Assembly: GCA_002269645.1 (NCBI GenBank) | Contig: NIVC01000731.1 | Location: 124,001 to 188,000, forward strand | DNA length: 64,000 nt | From: Macrostomum lignano | Lineage: Eukaryota | Reading direction: 5' to 3' | In this document: positions 59,706 to 64,000 of the stretch, piece after piece | How the letters are laid out: each line of letters opens with the position of its first letter | How positions within the stretch are numbered: position 1 is the stretch's first letter | Made by a program: the position numbers and the translations under genes | Notes under the pieces: model-generated | Database searches by the model: none | Told to the model about the DNA's origin: nothing | What the model saw: the letters and a program-made list of their open reading frames with translations, nothing else

Positions 59706-60719
59706 CTGACTCCTATTGCTTCAACAAAACTGAATATTGGTTAACGTCTGGTTCCGTGGATGGAAACTTTAGAATATTGCTGAGAGTGTACTTGATATTG
59801 TTGCAACAGCCAACAGACATTTTTTTAAAGACCTCCAGCAGATCAACGTGAGCAACAGCTCGCATAGAATCCGTCAGTCGCGACAAAACGTGATGTCTCT
59901 GTGGAATCTACCGGTGTATTTGCTCAGACAGGTAGCTCAGTAGAGTAGAGTAATATATCCGCAGGCGCATGGAGGTGTCGGGCGACAGCAGGGCGCGAGT
60001 TGGAGTTAATTAAAGCAAGGCTTGACGGTGCAAACGTGACAGCCGGCACTGGAGCGAACATGACTGCACGGCTGTCCCAGACTCCCATTGAGGATTTAGA
60101 ATTAAATTTCTTACTTCTACTCAATCTACAAAATTTCCTATTCAGTTTTTATGTCAGCTCTCCCAGAATATTACAGGTACAGTAGTGACTGCAGTTGCCG
60201 CTCACAGTGCCCGGAGCCTCAGGGTACAATCACAGAAAATAACATTCATTTTTAGTCGCTGGGACAGAAACAACAGAAAACAGTCGAGCGGCTGAAAGCT
60301 GAGAACAGAATAAAAAAATATTCAATGCGTTCAGCTCTCCTTTCTCAGTCGAGAGGAAAATCTACAGGTTTAGAGTAGCGAAGCGTTGCTGCTTTGCTGA
60401 TGCCAGTTGGCCATCAGCTCTTTTTGATGCCGCCGCTGCCGCCTTTGAACTCGCTGGCAAACAAAACGCAAACGCATTGGGGACTACGGGAGAAAGTAGC
60501 CTCTTTATTCCTTTTGTAGGCCTTCTTATTCTCGCCTCAAGCTGCGACAGCGAGGGCTGCAGCTGCCGTGGTCTGCCTCATAGGGCCGGCGGATGCGGCG
60601 GCAGGGAGGGATCTACTTTGTTCTACTTCACATCAGATGTACTTGTAGATGCAGAAAACCAAGGCGGACAGCACGAAAAACTAACACAAGTCTGCATGGC
60701 CAATTAGAGAGGACTTCAA

Positions 60720-61062
60720 CGTACAGCGTGCAGCCGGACCGGGGGAAGGGGCGATAAGCACGGGAACGCAGAATGTACACTGCCAATGTACAGTGTGCAG
60801 CCGGACCGGGGGAAGGGGCGATAAGCACGGGAACGCAGAATGTACACTGCCAATGTACAGTGTGCAGCCGGACCGAGGGAAGGGTGGTAAGCGTGGGAAC
60901 ACAGAATGTATACTGCCAATGTACAGTGTGCAGCCGGACCGGGGGAAGGGGCGATAAGCACGGGAACGCAGAATGTACACTGCCAATGTACAGTGTGCAG
61001 CCGGACCGGGGGAAGGGGCGATAAGCACGGGAACGCAGAATGTACACTGCCAATGTACACAC
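60720..61062. repeat. 67-bp minisatellite, about 5 copies, 3' of the GPCR gene
   Basis: GTACAGTGTGCAGCCGGACCGGGGGAAGGGGCGATAAGCACGGGAACGCAGAATGTACACTGCCAAT repeated. Confidence 0.94.
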
Positions 61063-61424
61063 ATGGCAGCCTATTTATATAATCATTTAAAAGTACATAT
61101 TAGTGAATACGAATTCAAGCCAACACAACAAGAGCTCCCCGTCCGGTCCAGTTCGACAGGTCGGTTGGGGTTCAGTGAGGGCAATTAATGGCTGAAAAAA
61201 GAATGGTTTTAATTAGCGAAGGAAAATTTCATCAGTGGGTCATGCAGAATGATCACCAACAGTGACTTCTTTCGAGGCTGCACTCGGCAAGCTGAGAAAA
61301 AAAAAGATTAAAATTTCTCATGCTTTGGTCTTATAGTTATGCACTGCTTCTTACATTCACCAATTCAACACAATCGCCGAGCCAGCGAGCGTCACTGACC
61401 CCCCGCCCTCCGCTGACTGCCCCG

Positions 61425-62651
61425 TCAATCTTCATCGACCAGCTGGCGCGGCTTTCGCTGCTTCGAGTTCGGCTTCATCCCCTGCTGCTGCTGCTCCGGC
61501 GGCTGCTGCTCCGGCGGCTGCTGCTCCGGCGGCTGCTGCGGCGCCTCCTCGATGAAGCCAGCGGCCTCCTCGTCCTCCCCGATGCCGTCCTCAGTCTCGA
61601 CGGTGCCGTTGACTCGCTGGCGACTCCGCTCGACGGTCGAGTAGCGGTAGGTCGTGTTGCCCCTCGAACCGCCGCCGGGCCCACCGCCGCCGCCGCCACC
61701 GCCGCTGCTGCCGTCCCCGCCAGCCCGGCGCAGGCAGGCGGGCATGAGGCTCTGGAACTCCTTCTGGAAGTTGTTGTTCATCCAGCCGTACAGGAACGGG
61801 TTGTACATCACGGAGCTCATGGCCAGCACGTGGCAGATGAAGAACAGGCCCTGGAACAGGTTCTCGTTGATGAAGCTGATGTCCTTCACCATCCACAGCA
61901 GGTTCAGCGGGATCCAGCAGATTACGAAGATCGCCACCATGGCGATGAGCATCCGGTTGGTGCGCCGCTTTCGCCGGATGTCCAGCTCCTCCTTGGTGCG
62001 CGACTTGTTGGCCAGCGTGTTGTTCTTGTAGCGGTTGCTCAGCGTGACGCTCACCCTGCTGTAGCAGACCGTGATGATGGCGCACGGAAGCAGGAACTGC
62101 AGCACGAAACTGATCACGGTGAACACGGCCCGGTATTCGGCCTGCCAGTCCTCGATGCAGCTCACCTTGGTGCCGTTGTCGGAGACTTTGATCTTCTGGA
62201 ACACGGCGATCGGTGTGCTGATGAGCACGGCAACTAGCCAGACTATAAAGACTATGAGCAGGCAGAGGCAGGTCTTCATCCGCGGCACGAACGGGTGGAC
62301 GATCACGAAGTAGCGGTCAATGGCGATGGCGGTGGAGGTGAGGCTGGAGACGTACACGGAGACCCCCATGGTCATGGGCATCAGCTTGCAGACCAGCGAC
62401 GGCAGGGTCCAGCTGTCCATGAACATGGCGGCTGGGGTCAGCGGCACATTGAGCGTGCTCATGATGATGTCGGAGATGGCCATGTTGGTGATGAAGATGT
62501 TCGTGATGGTCTGCATGCTGCGCTTCCGCAGCACAACGAAGACCACCAGGGCGTTGCCCAGGGTGCCCATGAGGCCGATGGTGGCGTAGAAGGTGATGGT
62601 GATGCCGCGCATCCAGGCGGGGTGGAGGCTGGTCCCGTTGCCGCCCGACAT
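61425..62651 (-). CDS. Class A neuropeptide GPCR, sNPF/prolactin-releasing-peptide receptor-like, intronless coding region, 408 aa from ATG 62651
   Basis: Seven TM helices: GN in TM1, NMAISD, GVSVYVSSLTSTAIAIDRYFVIVHPF, CWIP, NPFLY. N-terminal NGT sequon. The TM3/ICL2 sequence resembles the sNPF/PrRP receptor clade (recalled). Confidence 0.9.
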   Translation of the reverse strand: MSGGNGTSLHPAWMRGITITFYATIGLMGTLGNALVVFVVLRKRSMQTITNIFITNMAISDIIMSTLNVPLTPAAMFMDSWTLPSLVCKLMPMTMGVSVYVSSLTSTAIAIDRYFVIVHPFVPRMKTCLCLLIVFIVWLVAVLISTPIAVFQKIKVSDNGTKVSCIEDWQAEYRAVFTVISFVLQFLLPCAIITVCYSRVSVTLSNRYKNNTLANKSRTKEELDIRRKRRTNRMLIAMVAIFVICWIPLNLLWMVKDISFINENLFQGLFFICHVLAMSSVMYNPFLYGWMNNNFQKEFQSLMPACLRRAGGDGSSGGGGGGGGPGGGSRGNTTYRYSTVERSRQRVNGTVETEDGIGEDEEAAGFIEEAPQQPPEQQPPEQQPPEQQQQGMKPNSKQRKPRQLVDED

Positions 62652-63699
62652 GCTCGGCGATGAAGCTCGGGTCTGGTGGGGAGGCTGGAGGGCGGCGGTG
62701 ATGCCGAAGGCACCTGCTAAAGTTTTGGCGTCTTTTTCTCCCGACAAGAAAATGGAGCGGCGCCGCAGGGGGGGGGTAATTAAAGCGAAAGCCGGGGAGG
62801 AGGAACAGAGGGAAGGCGGAAAGCAAGAGGTTGAAAATGATGGAGCAGGAAGATGAAAGGCCCACTAATGGGTCTGCAGCCTTCGAGGCCGCTCAGGGCC
62901 TGTTTGATGATGGGAGCGGGGAGGCTGCCGTGCAGGAGAGAAAATTCGGCCGCCCCTCCTTCTCACGCGCGCTTTGGTGCTAAAAAAAGTGTTAAGCAGG
63001 CACTCTTTTGATGAAGCACTTCCGGCAACGTTCCGCTCCCACATCCCATGGCTAAGAAGCTGAAAGTTCTCCAACTTGAATTCTTGTTCGCAAGTCGCTG
63101 CCAATTAAGGGACGCCAGCCCGATTGTCTCGCTAATGAAAAGCCAATAAAAAATGCTTTCCCAGGCCACGAACAGAATCTGAACTTCCAGCGTGAACGAG
63201 AGAGACAATGCCTCACAAACACAATGGGGGGCAATTGCTATTTGTCCTCGGCTGGGGGAAAGGCTGTCCCGGACCCCCCTGCTCAGAGGCAAAAAGCCGA
63301 AACGGGTGGGCCAGCGCGGGCTCAGAGCTGCGAGTTTCGGGAAGCCACAGTCTGGAGGGGGGGGGGGGGCCGCTGTCCCTTGTTGGCTGAGCAAGCAAAG
63401 CCAGAAGCCAAAGCAGGGCCGCGCGGATTTCTGGGGTGGGAGGGGAGCGGCTGCTAGATGGATTTGTGTTGTAGCTCGAATCCCAGTTCCTGAGCAGTGA
63501 GGTCGCTGGCGGAGTTAATACGCAACGGGGAGGCTCGCGAAAGCTGTCCCCAGCCGTGCCTCTCTGCCTGTAGCGCTCCGACTTTTTCTACCGGCAGATT
63601 CTGTGGCTTCTTGCCGCCACTCACTTCGGGCGATTCCATTTCGAGTCGGGTCCGCTGCCTCCCCCACTGAGCGGGTGGGGCTCGCGAGTTCCCAGGCAC

Positions 63700-63945
63700 C
63701 TTGAGCACCGGGCCCGCTGATGTCATTGAGCTCAGGGGGCTCCCATGGTCACTGTGAGCACCGGGCCCGCTGATGTCATTGAGCTCAGGGGGCTCCCATG
63801 GTCACTGTGAGCACCGGGTCTGCTGATGTCACTGAGCTCAGGGGGCTCCCATGGTAAGCAACGGGCCCGCTGATGTCTCTGAGCTCAGGGGGCTCCCATG
63901 GTAAGCAACGGGCCCGCTGATGTCTCTGAGTTCAGGGGCTCCCAT
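63700..63945. repeat. About 49-53-bp minisatellite CGGGCCCGCTGATGTCATTGAGCTCAGGGGGCTCCCATGG..., about 5 copies
   Basis: Direct reading. Confidence 0.9.
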
Positions 63946-64000
63946 AGTCGGTTATTCTATCTCTCTCTTGCTACAGAGTTTTGTCTATGGTAAAACCACA

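Noticed and set aside
59930-60010. tRNA-like GGTAGCTCAGTAGAGTAGAG
   Set aside because: Only an A-box-like 5' fragment; no T-loop/B-box or cloverleaf.
62652-62747. N-terminal extension of the GPCR from TTG at 62747
   Set aside because: Non-ATG start. ATG 62651 gives a plausible N-terminus with a sequon, though an upstream exon via the AG near 62718 cannot be excluded.
61320-62865. 305-aa and other ORFs overlapping the GPCR; 234-aa ORF antisense to nAChR exon 8; 347-aa ORF antisense to the TOPAZ1-like last exon
   Set aside because: Shadow ORFs caused by high GC3 codon bias of the real genes.

Overview
Eukaryotic (metazoan) genomic DNA with GC-rich exons and introns packed with tandem repeats. 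The style suggests a flatworm such as Macrostomum lignano (inference, no search run). Five protein-coding genes could be reconstructed by hand with consistent splice phases. (1) An 8-exon nicotinic acetylcholine receptor alpha subunit (+, 7336-22631, 597 aa). (2) An intronless UPF0728/C10orf53 homolog (-, 24853-25140). (3) A 4-exon DELE1-like Sel1-repeat protein (-, 31736-37337, 387 aa). (4) A TOPAZ1-like gene (+, about 42.5-54.2 kb), head-to-head with the DELE1-like gene, with a 1-nt frameshift inside a coding 33-bp repeat. (5) An intronless sNPF/PrRP-type neuropeptide GPCR (-, 61425-62651). More than 30 distinct micro- and minisatellite arrays are present; almost every intron has its own array, and several repeat units contain splice-site motifs. 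Six TIR-plus-TSD DNA elements were found: five hAT-type with 8-bp TSDs and one 3.9-kb CMC/EnSpm-like element. There are also hairpin elements and a decayed LINE fragment. Most long ORFs in the six-frame track are artefacts of repeats. No CRISPR, rRNA or intact tRNA was seen.
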